From the IMG/VR virus record IMGVR_UViG_3300012943_000033, positions 6,641 to 70,640 of that record: a stretch of DNA of 64,000 nt, one strand, 5' to 3'. The DNA comes from a virus (Duplodnaviria; Caudoviricetes). The translations under genes were made by a program, and so were the position numbers. The notes beneath the pieces were generated by a model. It was not told where the DNA came from, searched no databases, and saw nothing but the letters and a program-made list of their open reading frames with translations. Shown here piece by piece: positions 34,566 to 44,321 of this stretch; positions within the stretch are counted from its first letter, which is position 1; each line of letters begins with the position of its first letter.

Positions 34566-35066
34566 ATGATCGACATCAGCACTGCTGGGAGCGGCATCAC
34601 AGTCTTTTCGACCAGCAGTTTTCCAATGGGCTTCCGTCTGAAGTCCTTTGCGGATGATCTGGACGCGCTGACCGTTGACGCTGCGGAGGTATCGGGGTTT
34701 GAGAGGCTGTACGATGGGAATATTTTCTCATTCGATAAAACCAGCCCAATTACCCTTTCAGTTGGGATAATTCCTAACACCGAAGACGACATCAATCTGA
34801 AGATCATTCTTCAGAAGCGCAAATCAACACCGTCAATTCTGCAATTGGCAGACGATGTGACAATGGTGATTGCCTACGCCGATGGCGGCAGGAATGTACT
34901 GTCCAACGGGTCAATTCTTGGCGGCTCAATTGTTGATAGCCTTGCATCGCACGGGCGCAAGAAATCCAATGAATACCATTTCGTCTTCGGCTCGTTTGAC
35001 GGCTTCCAAAGTTATCGTCAATTCCTTGCAAATGCCGTTCAAACCGGCCTAAGCCTGCTGACATAA
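34566..35066 (+). CDS. Tail tube paralog (tube initiator)
   Basis: SFPMGF....FADD.D similar to the tube protein at 33027. Confidence 0.75.
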   Translation: MIDISTAGSGITVFSTSSFPMGFRLKSFADDLDALTVDAAEVSGFERLYDGNIFSFDKTSPITLSVGIIPNTEDDINLKIILQKRKSTPSILQLADDVTMVIAYADGGRNVLSNGSILGGSIVDSLASHGRKKSNEYHFVFGSFDGFQSYRQFLANAVQTGLSLLT

Positions 35067-35600
35067 ATGGCCGATAGCATCCTATCGAGTTTTTCATCCA
35101 GGGCATCGCTAAACATCACGAATAGCGCTGACGATAAGGATTTGGCCGATGGGTTGAAGGTGTTGGGCGTTAGCTTCAGATTTCGCGCCCGTGCAATGCG
35201 CCACATCCGGGAGGACGGCACCAGCATCGTGGATGCCAAGGTCATCGAGCCTGCCAGGGTGGAAATCGACGCCATCTGTCCGACGCTGGACGTCATTGAG
35301 CAGGTCAACAACTGCCTGATGGACCGCGCGGCGACCTACACCGTCACCTCCAAGGGTATCCGCTTGCAAGACGTTGTGGCGAGCGAATTCCAGATCAAGC
35401 AATCCCCTGAGATGATCTCGGCCAGCCCCATAAAGCTGTCGTTCAACCAGCTACAGAGGCAAGGCGGGGTCAACGCTAACAAGGTGGTTGAGCAGGCTCC
35501 AGACTCCTCCGCCTTCAATCGCGGCATCCAATCGGTGCGGAAGGTGACCACCTCGATTCAAGATTCATTCGCCAAGATGTTAGGGGCAGTCGGTGGCTAA
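35067..35600 (+). CDS. Tail/baseplate structural protein
   Basis: H..EDG..I.D..V..P pattern; position. Confidence 0.6.
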   Translation: MADSILSSFSSRASLNITNSADDKDLADGLKVLGVSFRFRARAMRHIREDGTSIVDAKVIEPARVEIDAICPTLDVIEQVNNCLMDRAATYTVTSKGIRLQDVVASEFQIKQSPEMISASPIKLSFNQLQRQGGVNANKVVEQAPDSSAFNRGIQSVRKVTTSIQDSFAKMLGAVGG

Positions 35601-36231
35601 CACGATTCTGACCGCCAACTTTAGCCAGCCGCAATTTGTGGCGACGAACGAGACATTGAACGTTCGCGTTTGGGAGGGCATCGCGGTAGTCAACGCTGAA
35701 GTCTCGCCCTCTGCCGCTGTTACTGAGCTGCCGCTCGCAATCGACGGCCCGAAGGATTCGCCCACGACCGCTGTTATCCAGGCCGCAGACTTGGCCGCGT
35801 GCAAGGTCATCCAGCCGGTCCGTCTGCGCGTGGAGGCGGTGATGTCCGACCTCTCCCTGGTGGAGGCGATCATTGGCATGCTGGAGGATGACGTCGTCAT
35901 GATGTCTGTGGTAACGAAATCTATCATTACCAAGAACCTTATTCTCACAGAGGTCAATGTATTGCAGTCGGCTGAGATGACCTCTGCCGTCCGCGTGCAA
36001 ATGTCCTTTGAACAGGCCCAGCCGCCAGTCGGAGAGGGGTACAATCCGGAACAACCGGCGGATGGCTCGATGTACGGCGCTGGGGTCCAGAGTCTCTCAG
36101 AGGTGCAATCGCTAGGCTCCCTCACCAAGACAGTGGCCTCCTCGCTATCTCGTCCAGTTATCAAAATCTTCGGTCCGCTCATTGACGGCAAGGGCGGGCC
36201 GTTTATTCTCGACAGGAGCCCATTGGCATGA
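35593..36231 (+). CDS. Tail/baseplate structural protein
   Basis: Paralog-like to the preceding gene (D..V.QP..L); coupled. Confidence 0.6.
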   Translation: MANTILTANFSQPQFVATNETLNVRVWEGIAVVNAEVSPSAAVTELPLAIDGPKDSPTTAVIQAADLAACKVIQPVRLRVEAVMSDLSLVEAIIGMLEDDVVMMSVVTKSIITKNLILTEVNVLQSAEMTSAVRVQMSFEQAQPPVGEGYNPEQPADGSMYGAGVQSLSEVQSLGSLTKTVASSLSRPVIKIFGPLIDGKGGPFILDRSPLA

Positions 36232-38807
36232 CCGCCTCCGCATACGTCCCAGGGCAGATTCTCACAGCCGATGCGCTCAACACTTCGTTCGATGAGAAGA
36301 CGGACAACGCACTAGCCGCCATCACGGGCGGCAGTATCGACGGCATCGACCACATTACCGTTGTTGGCGTTATTGACGCCGTATCCCCTACCAGCGGGGC
36401 AGTGATTGTCACTGGCGGGGTTGGTATCGGCATGAGCTTGAATATCGCGACGACGCTGACCGCTGGTGGAGTGGTGCGGTTCCTGAGTTCCGTCGCGTCC
36501 ACTTCCTCGGCCACTGGCGCGCTGGTGGTATCGGGCGGTGTTGGGGTCGGCGGGAACCTGAACGCCAACGGCTCCGCTGCGGTGCGGCTGGGCCTCTCTG
36601 CCGCCACCTTCAACGGCACTGACGCTACCAACGCAACCAGCCCCGCCAACGGCGCGGTTCGGACGGCAGGTGGCATGGGCGTCGCCAAAGACCTGTGGGT
36701 GGGTGGTAAAATCAACTCCTCCGGTGGCATCGCGATCACCGGGGACACTACCCTGGACGGCAACCTTTCGGTCAGTTCCGTCACGCTTGCGCCAGGCGGA
36801 TACATCGAGTATGGCGACGGCACGCAACAGATCACAACCCCTCTCCCGGAAGCCCCGGCAGACACGCAGAAATACGGGCGGAAGGATGCGGCCTGGGTGG
36901 TGCTGACGGACATCCCGGAGGCTCCGACCGACAGCAAGAAATATGGCCGGCTGAACTCCGCTTGGGTGGCCCTGACGGACACTCCGGACGCGCCCAACGA
37001 TGCGTTCACCTATGGCCGCAGGGCAGCGGCTTGGGCACGGGTTACGCCCGAAGCCCCGCTGGACGCCTTCATCTATGGCCGCGCCAACGGGGCGTGGGTG
37101 AAGACGGTTACGGAGGCACCGGCAGACGGCAAGCAATACAGCCGCAAGGACGGAGCGTGGGTTGAGCTGTCGGCCTCTGGCATGTGGCGCGGCGACACCG
37201 CCCCAACGGACACTGCCCGCTACCCCCAGTGGTACAACACCACGACCTCCACGCTGTACGTCTGGTACGAAGACGGCACCAGCGCCCAGTGGGTTATCTG
37301 CGTTCCCGTGCCGACAACGGATGACGATACGGCAGGCATCCCAGAGGCTCCAGAAGACGGCAAGACGTATGGCCGCAAGGATGCGACGTGGGTGGAGGTC
37401 ACCGGTGGCGGAGGCGGTGGGGTCCCAGAGGCTCCGAATGACGGCAATCCGTACATGCGCCAGAGTGAAGCCTGGGTGCAGGCTCCGACCCCAGCTATCA
37501 GCGCAGGCGTCACCTTTGAAGACGGCGCGATGGACCTTGTGTTGCCCGATTGGGCACCGTTGACGATTGACGCTATCCAGGGCACGGCGGTCACGGAGTC
37601 GGACCCCACCACGCTGGAGTGCCAGACCAACGGCGTGGCAGTCGTCCAGATGCGCGTTCTTGTCCACCATAACTGGGGTTCGTCGGTTGTCTTCGGCTAC
37701 TCCGTGGACGGCGGAGAGATCAAGGAATTGGGTCGCGTGGTCGTGGAGAGTAACGACCCAGTGGAGGTGGTGGCCAAGTACAACGTTGACGCCGAAATCG
37801 GCAAGCTGGTGAAGGTCTACATCAGTTCCGATTTTGAATGGGCTTCGTTCTCGTGGTCCAACTTCCTGATGCAGATCATCCTCAACGATAGCGTTGGGGT
37901 TCCAGAGGCTCCTCGCGACGGCACCCCATACGCGCGGCAGGATGCGAGTTGGGTTCCTGCCGCGAGCGGCGGCGGCGGAGTCCCTGAGGCTCCAGAGGAC
38001 GGCCAACAATACGCGCGGCAGGATGCTTCATGGCAAGTCGTTGAAGGTGGTGGTGGAGGCAGCTTCGATTGGTTGTCGCTCATTCGTGGTGGAAAGAACA
38101 CTTTTGCCGCTTCTATTGGGGCAGGGTCTGGCATCACATCCGCTGCGTACTACTGCCTTGGCCTGCCAGGGTCAATGGCCGGGTCTGGCACCGTATCGTT
38201 GGCAACGCTCAGTGGATCGGCGACTGGTCTGATGTCCGTTCCGATGAACCTGATGACGGCAAACTCAGCGACGACTAGCGCCATAGCGAGTGCGACAACT
38301 TCAAACCAGTTTTTGTTCCGCAGAAGTGCGGACAAGAATGGGTTCCGCCTCATTCTTAGATGGGCTCCATATGCAGGCCTTGGCGCACAGACAGTTCGAA
38401 TCGCAGCAGGCCTCACATCAGGCTCTCCGTCAGACACTGCCATCGACAACATGCAGAATTGCTTCTTGATGGGCTTCCAGCAATTCGACAGCAACTTCTA
38501 TCTCTATCACAAGACTGGCAGCGGAACGGCTGTAAAAGACAGTCTGACTTCCGACTTCCCTGTAAATCGCCCAGGAGCGGGTTCTGATGGTGAGTGCTAT
38601 GAGATGGAGATTGATGCCACAGTCAACGATCAGATCACAACGAAGATCACGGCCCTGAAGTCCGGAAAAACGACAACGCGCGTCTACACCACTGATCTTC
38701 CTGACCCTGCTACTGGTTTGAGGATCGTCGCTTATGGGTCTGCTGGCGGAACAAGCGCACAGCCGGCAATCGCATTCGGTGGTGTGTTTGGTGAAACGAT
38801 GAGATGA
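36228..38807 (+). CDS. Large fibre/scaffold protein with nine PEAPxDxxxYxRxxxxW repeats
   Basis: N-terminal YVPG.ILTA..LN..FD.K anchor; GA.VV.GGVG repeats; nine PEAP repeats at ~36843-38035; beta-rich C-terminal domain. Confidence 0.8.
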   Translation: MTASAYVPGQILTADALNTSFDEKTDNALAAITGGSIDGIDHITVVGVIDAVSPTSGAVIVTGGVGIGMSLNIATTLTAGGVVRFLSSVASTSSATGALVVSGGVGVGGNLNANGSAAVRLGLSAATFNGTDATNATSPANGAVRTAGGMGVAKDLWVGGKINSSGGIAITGDTTLDGNLSVSSVTLAPGGYIEYGDGTQQITTPLPEAPADTQKYGRKDAAWVVLTDIPEAPTDSKKYGRLNSAWVALTDTPDAPNDAFTYGRRAAAWARVTPEAPLDAFIYGRANGAWVKTVTEAPADGKQYSRKDGAWVELSASGMWRGDTAPTDTARYPQWYNTTTSTLYVWYEDGTSAQWVICVPVPTTDDDTAGIPEAPEDGKTYGRKDATWVEVTGGGGGGVPEAPNDGNPYMRQSEAWVQAPTPAISAGVTFEDGAMDLVLPDWAPLTIDAIQGTAVTESDPTTLECQTNGVAVVQMRVLVHHNWGSSVVFGYSVDGGEIKELGRVVVESNDPVEVVAKYNVDAEIGKLVKVYISSDFEWASFSWSNFLMQIILNDSVGVPEAPRDGTPYARQDASWVPAASGGGGVPEAPEDGQQYARQDASWQVVEGGGGGSFDWLSLIRGGKNTFAASIGAGSGITSAAYYCLGLPGSMAGSGTVSLATLSGSATGLMSVPMNLMTANSATTSAIASATTSNQFLFRRSADKNGFRLILRWAPYAGLGAQTVRIAAGLTSGSPSDTAIDNMQNCFLMGFQQFDSNFYLYHKTGSGTAVKDSLTSDFPVNRPGAGSDGECYEMEIDATVNDQITTKITALKSGKTTTRVYTTDLPDPATGLRIVAYGSAGGTSAQPAIAFGGVFGETMR

Positions 38808-40093
38808 TCAACTTCCCAGACAACCCTACAGTTGGGCAGGCGTTCACCAACGCAGGGACCATCTACACGTGTATGCAGGTGGCGCCTATCGTCTGGAATG
38901 CGTCTCCGGCTGCGGCAGGCATCCCGGACGCGCCTGTCACCGGCCTGCTGTATGGCCGCAGGGACGCGGCTTGGGAGTCAATCGACAAGGCGGACATTGG
39001 CCTGGGCAACGTCGATAACACCAGCGACGCGGCGAAGCCTATCAGCACGGCGACCGCGACGGCCCTGGCAGGCAAGGAACCCACCATAGCCGCAGGCACT
39101 GCCGCGCAATACTGGCGTGGGACGAAGACCTGGGCTACATTGGACAAAGCCGCAGTTGGTCTGGGAAGCGTGGACAACACGCCCGATACGGTCAAGACGG
39201 TCCAGAGCGCTCTGTACGTCAGGCACGGCGCGAGCGCTGCTGGCAACCTCATGCCGTTCTCTTGGTCTGATGACGGCACCCAACCCACGCACCTTTGGGG
39301 AGGCACCAGCTTCAACGGCATGGTGTACGACCGCAACCGCGTCAAGGTTGGCGCTGCCGCTCTGGCAGACAACTCGAATGCTGTGAGCGGTATCTCCGGT
39401 TGGAACTACAGCAACCGCGCCAAGAACCCAACGTACATGTGGTGTACAGACGGCAGCGCTGGCGACCAGTATCTCACGCAACCGGGCAATCTTTCGGTCA
39501 ACTATGCTGGTACATCAGGCTACTGCAACGGGACAGCAGAGAACGCGAATCTGTTGAGCGGGATGCTTCGCGCTGACTCGTGCTATTATGTCGGGTTCGC
39601 CAGCGCAGACAGCAACCAACCGTACATGCGATGCAGCGCAGACAACGTGCTTCGATACCTTTGTCGCAGCACAAACGAAGATCGAACGGCCACTGGGTTT
39701 CGGGTCTATGTTGGCGCACCATACGTGTTTGAGATCACAGGCGTTAATGGATCATACGGAATCACGGTCAACCCATCGGACATTCGGCTGAAAAAGAACA
39801 TCGCGCCGTCAACCGTCGAGGCAAGCGCGGCAGTCAAGCAAATCGAATTCATCGAGCACGATTGGAAAGACCCAGCCATCATATCACACGTGCCTCTGGC
39901 CTTTTCCGCGCAGAATCTTCAGAGCATCGACCAGACACTGGTGTTCTCAGTGCCGCAGGACAAAGATTCTCCGCTGGGCAAGCTGGCCGACTCGGATGAA
40001 ATTCTTCACCCACAAGTGACGATGCTCGTCGCATATCTTGCCAAAGCACTCCAAGAAACAATGGCGCGCGTCGCTGCACTAGAGGCCAAATGA
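38804..40093 (+). CDS. Receptor-binding/fibre protein 1 with C-terminal intramolecular chaperone (peptidase S74-like)
   Basis: MINFPDNP N-module; GLGNVDNTSD..KP.S repeat; SDIRLKKNI autocleavage motif. Confidence 0.85.
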   Translation: MINFPDNPTVGQAFTNAGTIYTCMQVAPIVWNASPAAAGIPDAPVTGLLYGRRDAAWESIDKADIGLGNVDNTSDAAKPISTATATALAGKEPTIAAGTAAQYWRGTKTWATLDKAAVGLGSVDNTPDTVKTVQSALYVRHGASAAGNLMPFSWSDDGTQPTHLWGGTSFNGMVYDRNRVKVGAAALADNSNAVSGISGWNYSNRAKNPTYMWCTDGSAGDQYLTQPGNLSVNYAGTSGYCNGTAENANLLSGMLRADSCYYVGFASADSNQPYMRCSADNVLRYLCRSTNEDRTATGFRVYVGAPYVFEITGVNGSYGITVNPSDIRLKKNIAPSTVEASAAVKQIEFIEHDWKDPAIISHVPLAFSAQNLQSIDQTLVFSVPQDKDSPLGKLADSDEILHPQVTMLVAYLAKALQETMARVAALEAK

Positions 40094-41343
40094 TCAACTT
40101 CCCAGACAATCCGGTTGTAGGCGCGGCATTCACCCACGATGGTACGATCTACACCTGTGTGGCCGTCGCGCCTATCGTCTGGAACGCCGCGCCCGTCGCG
40201 GCAGGCATCCCGGACGCGCCCACTGGCAATGCGACCTATGGGAGGAAGAATGGGGCCTGGGACGCCATCACCAAGGATACCGTTGGCCTGAGCAACGTCA
40301 ACAACACTGCGGACGCGGACAAGGTGGTGAGCGGTCCCCAACAGTCCGCGCTGAACACCAAGGAGCCGACGATAGCCGCAGGCACTGCCGCTCAGTATTG
40401 GAGAGGTAATAAGACCTGGGCTACATTGGACAAGGCTGCGGTTGGCCTGGGTAGCGTGGACAACACGCCTGACGCAAACAAGTCAGTGTACGCTGCCAAC
40501 TACATTCGCAACGGCGGGGCGATTGGTGGACAGCCTATCACGTTCTCTTGGTCTGATGACGGTTCGCAACCGGACTACATTTGGGGTGGCTCCTCCATCA
40601 ATGGCAAGGTGTACTACCGGGCCAACCTACAGGTGGGCTACGCGAACACCTGCGGCACGGCTAACAACTCGAATGCGGTCAATGGCATCTCCGGCTGGGC
40701 CTATCGAAACGATGCCAATAACCCAGCATATCTCTGGTGTACCGAAGGCTCCGGCAGCGCACAGCACTTGACGCAACCTGGAAACCTGAGCGTGGCTTGG
40801 GCGAACCGGGTTGGTTCTGTGGAAGGTGCGAGCGGTGGAACGCTCCAGAGCGATACGGCAGTCAACGGCAATCTCTGGTCAAACACCGGGTTCGTTCGTG
40901 CCCAGTCAGGGTTTCGATGCCGTGAAGCCGCATATGGAGCGGAGGGTGGGAACGTCTTCAATTTCTTCTGGAACTCACCAAGCGTCCACACATACATCGA
41001 CGGGTCATATATGGGGGCACTCGCCTTCCAATCCGACGAACGCATCAAGCACACGATAAGCGACCTGGAGAGCGACACGGAAGGGTTTATGGCGCTGCGG
41101 CCAGTCGCCTTCCGGTTCAAGGACATCGGCATTTACAAAGATGACGGCAAGACGTACCACGGCTTCATCGCCCAAAATTGCGAAGCATTCGCGCCGCAGT
41201 TGATAACCGGGGACACAGCAGCAACACAGCCAGACGGCTCGCCTCAAGCCGCAGGGCTAAATACCAATGCAATCCTCGCCCACACCGTAGCCCAGCTACA
41301 GAAGGCCCTAGCGCGCATTGCTGCACTGGAGGCGAAGGCGTGA
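40090..41343 (+). CDS. Receptor-binding/fibre protein 2 with peptidase S74-like chaperone
   Basis: Same N-module; SDERIKHTI; GFIAQ. Confidence 0.85.
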   Translation: MINFPDNPVVGAAFTHDGTIYTCVAVAPIVWNAAPVAAGIPDAPTGNATYGRKNGAWDAITKDTVGLSNVNNTADADKVVSGPQQSALNTKEPTIAAGTAAQYWRGNKTWATLDKAAVGLGSVDNTPDANKSVYAANYIRNGGAIGGQPITFSWSDDGSQPDYIWGGSSINGKVYYRANLQVGYANTCGTANNSNAVNGISGWAYRNDANNPAYLWCTEGSGSAQHLTQPGNLSVAWANRVGSVEGASGGTLQSDTAVNGNLWSNTGFVRAQSGFRCREAAYGAEGGNVFNFFWNSPSVHTYIDGSYMGALAFQSDERIKHTISDLESDTEGFMALRPVAFRFKDIGIYKDDGKTYHGFIAQNCEAFAPQLITGDTAATQPDGSPQAAGLNTNAILAHTVAQLQKALARIAALEAKA

Positions 41344-42845
41344 TCAACTTTCCAGACGACCCCGTAGTCAACCAAGCGTTCGTCAACGCTGGCACGATCT
41401 ACACCTGTATCAGCGTCGCGCCTATCGTCTGGAATGCCTCGCCCGTCGCGGCAGGCATCCCGGACGCCCCGGTGAACAACATGACCTATGGCCGCAAGGA
41501 TGCGGCATGGGTTGCGCTGACGAAGGATTCTGTTGGGCTGGGGGACGTAGACAACACGAGCGATGCCGACAAGCCGGTGAGCACTGCACAGCAGACGGCA
41601 TTGAACGCCAAAGAGGGTACGATCAACCCAGGCACCGGAGCGCAGTGGTGGCGCGGCGATAAGACCTGGCAACCGATCACCCCAGCCGTCATTGGGGCCG
41701 TCGCGAAGGCCGGTGACACGATGACTGGTGACTTGACCATCTCAAACGTTGGCGGAAGCTCATCGTTGGTGCTGAACAAGACCGGCGCCAACTATGCGCA
41801 AATCGTCGGAAGAAACGCAGGTGCCGACAGATGGTATTTACATCTTGCGAATAACACTGACGATTTCAGCCTGCATCGAGCGCCAGATTCGGGCGGAACG
41901 ACAGCCGCTTTAAGTATTAGCCGAAACAACGGTGCAATGATAGTTTACGGATCAGGGGCAGACTCGATCAACGCCACGAAGAACATCACCACCAACGGTT
42001 ATTTCTATCAAGGCGCGGCGACCGGCGAGAACCAATTACAAGGCGGCATCAACACCGGCATCGGTCGAATCGTCGGCGCGCAGGGCATGGGGATGTATTA
42101 TGACGGAGGCAATGCCAACTATCTCTCCATGGGCGCGGGCGCGTCATCGCCTTGGTCTTGGCAATGGATTCGAAATACTGGCGCGCTCAACTGGCTGAAT
42201 AGCGCGAACAGCCGCTTGTTTGGCGTTGACCCTGGCGGTGCGATTAGCCTCGTCAACTATATCAACATTGACCAGTGGTACGGCCTGAACATGCAGGGGT
42301 ACAACAATGGCGATGGCAATTACGCTTTCTGCGAGATAGCCTACTCCAACCCAAGTTGGAACCCGGTCCACATTCGCTCATGGCATCAGCGTGGACAATG
42401 GGCAGGTTTTCAACTGTTCGCTGATGGCGCCAACAACGTAATCCAATTCGTCATGAGCAATGCTGGTAGTTGGGGCACTGTTCGGGCGGCGAGCTTCGAG
42501 GTCCAATCGGACGAACGCATCAAGCAAGGCGTCGCACTGCTGGACCGGCAGCACGAAGCCTACATGGGCCTCGCGCCTATCTCCTGGAAGTGGCCGCTCA
42601 ACCCGGATGCGGTTGACGATGGCATTCCCAAGGACACTCGCGATAAGTGGGGCTTCAGCGCCCAGAACGTCTCCCAGTACGCTCCGCTGGCGGTTATGGG
42701 AGACGTTAACGCAGTGGACGCGGAGGGCAAGCCTGTGACGGCAAGCGTGGACGTTATCCCGATTGCCGCGATGACGGTTCTGGAGGTGCAGTCGTTGTGG
42801 GCGCGTGTCGAAGCCATTGAGGCCCAACTGAAAGGAGCATCATGA
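41340..42845 (+). CDS. Receptor-binding/fibre protein 3 with peptidase S74-like chaperone
   Basis: GTG start; same N-module; V.KAGDTMTGDL; SDERIKQGV; WGFSAQ. Confidence 0.85.
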   Translation: MINFPDDPVVNQAFVNAGTIYTCISVAPIVWNASPVAAGIPDAPVNNMTYGRKDAAWVALTKDSVGLGDVDNTSDADKPVSTAQQTALNAKEGTINPGTGAQWWRGDKTWQPITPAVIGAVAKAGDTMTGDLTISNVGGSSSLVLNKTGANYAQIVGRNAGADRWYLHLANNTDDFSLHRAPDSGGTTAALSISRNNGAMIVYGSGADSINATKNITTNGYFYQGAATGENQLQGGINTGIGRIVGAQGMGMYYDGGNANYLSMGAGASSPWSWQWIRNTGALNWLNSANSRLFGVDPGGAISLVNYINIDQWYGLNMQGYNNGDGNYAFCEIAYSNPSWNPVHIRSWHQRGQWAGFQLFADGANNVIQFVMSNAGSWGTVRAASFEVQSDERIKQGVALLDRQHEAYMGLAPISWKWPLNPDAVDDGIPKDTRDKWGFSAQNVSQYAPLAVMGDVNAVDAEGKPVTASVDVIPIAAMTVLEVQSLWARVEAIEAQLKGAS

Positions 42846-43018
42846 TCCAAAAGGTTCTTGTTACACTGATCGTCCTGATTCGAAAGATCAGGCGCAAGGT
42901 TGGTCTGCCGGTGGCCGACCTCTCCTCAGCGGTCCGACCAATACCCATGGCCGTGCATGCCGTTGAACTCCGACTGGCACCCCCAACCCCCAAGGAGAGC
43001 GAAGATGGAAGACAGTGA
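42842..43018 (+). CDS. Small protein (58 aa), possible holin or lysis accessory
   Basis: Manual translation MIQKVLVTLIVLIRKIRRKVG...; overlaps the RBP3 stop and endolysin start. Confidence 0.4.
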   Translation: MIQKVLVTLIVLIRKIRRKVGLPVADLSSAVRPIPMAVHAVELRLAPPTPKESEDGRQ

Positions 43019-43520
43019 ATTGTTCGTCGGTCCCGATGGCCAGGAAATTGGTCATTTCTTCGAAGGTCTGGAGACGGAAGCCTACCCGGACCCGGCCACC
43101 GGTGGCGACCCCTGGACATGCGGCATCGGCTGCACCGGAACGGACGCGGAAGGCAACGTGATCGGCCCAGGTACGGTGTGGTCTGAGCAAAAGGCCCTGG
43201 ACGAATATGGACGCCGCATGGCGACGGAGTTTGGCCCTTCGGTGAAGAAGACCGTCACAGTCGAAATGAACCAGAAGGAATTCGACGCGCTGGTGGACCT
43301 CTGCTACAACATTGGTGGCGGCAATTTCGCCTCCAGCACTCTGGTGCGCAAGCTGAACGCAGGCGACAAGGCGGGCGCGGCTGAACAGTTCCTCGTCTGG
43401 AACAAGGGCGCTGGCAAGGTGATGAAGGGCCTCCAACGCCGTCGCTGGGCAGAGCGCCACGTGTTCTTGGGCGGCGAAGCCAAGGACGGAATCGCAGAGG
43501 CTCTGGCCAAGTACCCATGA
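43005..43520 (+). CDS. Endolysin, GH24 (T4/P21-like) muramidase
   Basis: FEG....AYPDPATGG.PWT.G.G.T catalytic E-D-T; Q..FDALV..YNIG; STL.RKLNAGD...AA.QFL.WNK.AGKV..GL.RRR..ER..F; AGGAG RBS. Confidence 0.9.
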   Translation: MEDSELFVGPDGQEIGHFFEGLETEAYPDPATGGDPWTCGIGCTGTDAEGNVIGPGTVWSEQKALDEYGRRMATEFGPSVKKTVTVEMNQKEFDALVDLCYNIGGGNFASSTLVRKLNAGDKAGAAEQFLVWNKGAGKVMKGLQRRRWAERHVFLGGEAKDGIAEALAKYP

Positions 43521-43521
43521 A

Positions 43522-43920
43522 ATGGCCTTTGACCTTAAGACTGCGATTGCTGGTGGAACCGCTACGCTTATGGCTGTGGCCACCGGCGTCCAACAGCTTC
43601 GTGTCTTGGCGCTTGATGACGCTGTTGGGACGGCCAAGGAGGTTGCGGCAGCGGCAACCAAGTCAAAGGATGCACTCCTTGGGGAAGCGGACACCGCCAA
43701 AAAGCGCCTGGAGGAGATGAAATCCGAATCGGAGGCTGGCGCGAAGAGGGCGGACAGAGCCTACTCTGAGATGGACATGCAGCTAACGAAGGCGCGTGGA
43801 ACGATTCGGGACACGAAGGCTGCACTAGACTATGAACGCGGTCGGAACGCTACGCTGGAGAATACCGTAAGCACTATGGCCGACCGCCTTTGTCCAGCCC
43901 CTACCAAGAGAAACAGATGA
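43522..43920 (+). CDS. Membrane-anchored coiled-coil protein, possible i-spanin
   Basis: N-terminal hydrophobic segment followed by coiled coil; directly after the endolysin. Confidence 0.5.
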   Translation: MAFDLKTAIAGGTATLMAVATGVQQLRVLALDDAVGTAKEVAAAATKSKDALLGEADTAKKRLEEMKSESEAGAKRADRAYSEMDMQLTKARGTIRDTKAALDYERGRNATLENTVSTMADRLCPAPTKRNR

Positions 43921-44321
43921 GCGTTGTCCAGTTGACCCTGCCAAACGGAACCCCTAAGCGCATCGCCATCGAGCGCTTTGGGGCGATGGTCGGCTGGGAC
44001 CTCCAGGAACGCTTCGTCAAATTCGCGGCCTCCAAGGATGGAAAGATGCGGAAAGAGTACACCATGGAGGTGCTCAAGTACGCCACCGTCCTGACTGCGG
44101 ACGGCGGGACGCTGCCGCTGTCCACCGATGCGCTCATCAACAATCACATCGGCTCCTGGGAGAACGTCCGCGACCTCTTTGAAGAGATTCTCAAGGAGAA
44201 CGGGATAAACCCACAGGAGCATGCGCGCCGCGCAAATTTCTGGGTGGACGCTGGGCAGGACATGTCCACATCCTTCGTCGCGGCAGTCTCTGCCGCGATC
44301 AACAACCACGTTACCAAATGA
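43917..44321 (+). CDS. Tail assembly chaperone-like protein
   Basis: Upstream of the tape measure gene; paralog of the next gene. Confidence 0.6.
   Translation: MSVVQLTLPNGTPKRIAIERFGAMVGWDLQERFVKFAASKDGKMRKEYTMEVLKYATVLTADGGTLPLSTDALINNHIGSWENVRDLFEEILKENGINPQEHARRANFWVDAGQDMSTSFVAAVSAAINNHVTK

Noticed and set aside
36312-38009. 565-aa minus-strand ORF opposite the scaffold fibre gene
   Set aside because: Shadow ORF of a repetitive GC-rich gene.
36843-42845. Diversity-generating retroelement acting on the RBP genes
   Set aside because: No reverse transcriptase, and no adenine-specific template/variable repeat pair; the similarities are ordinary paralogy.
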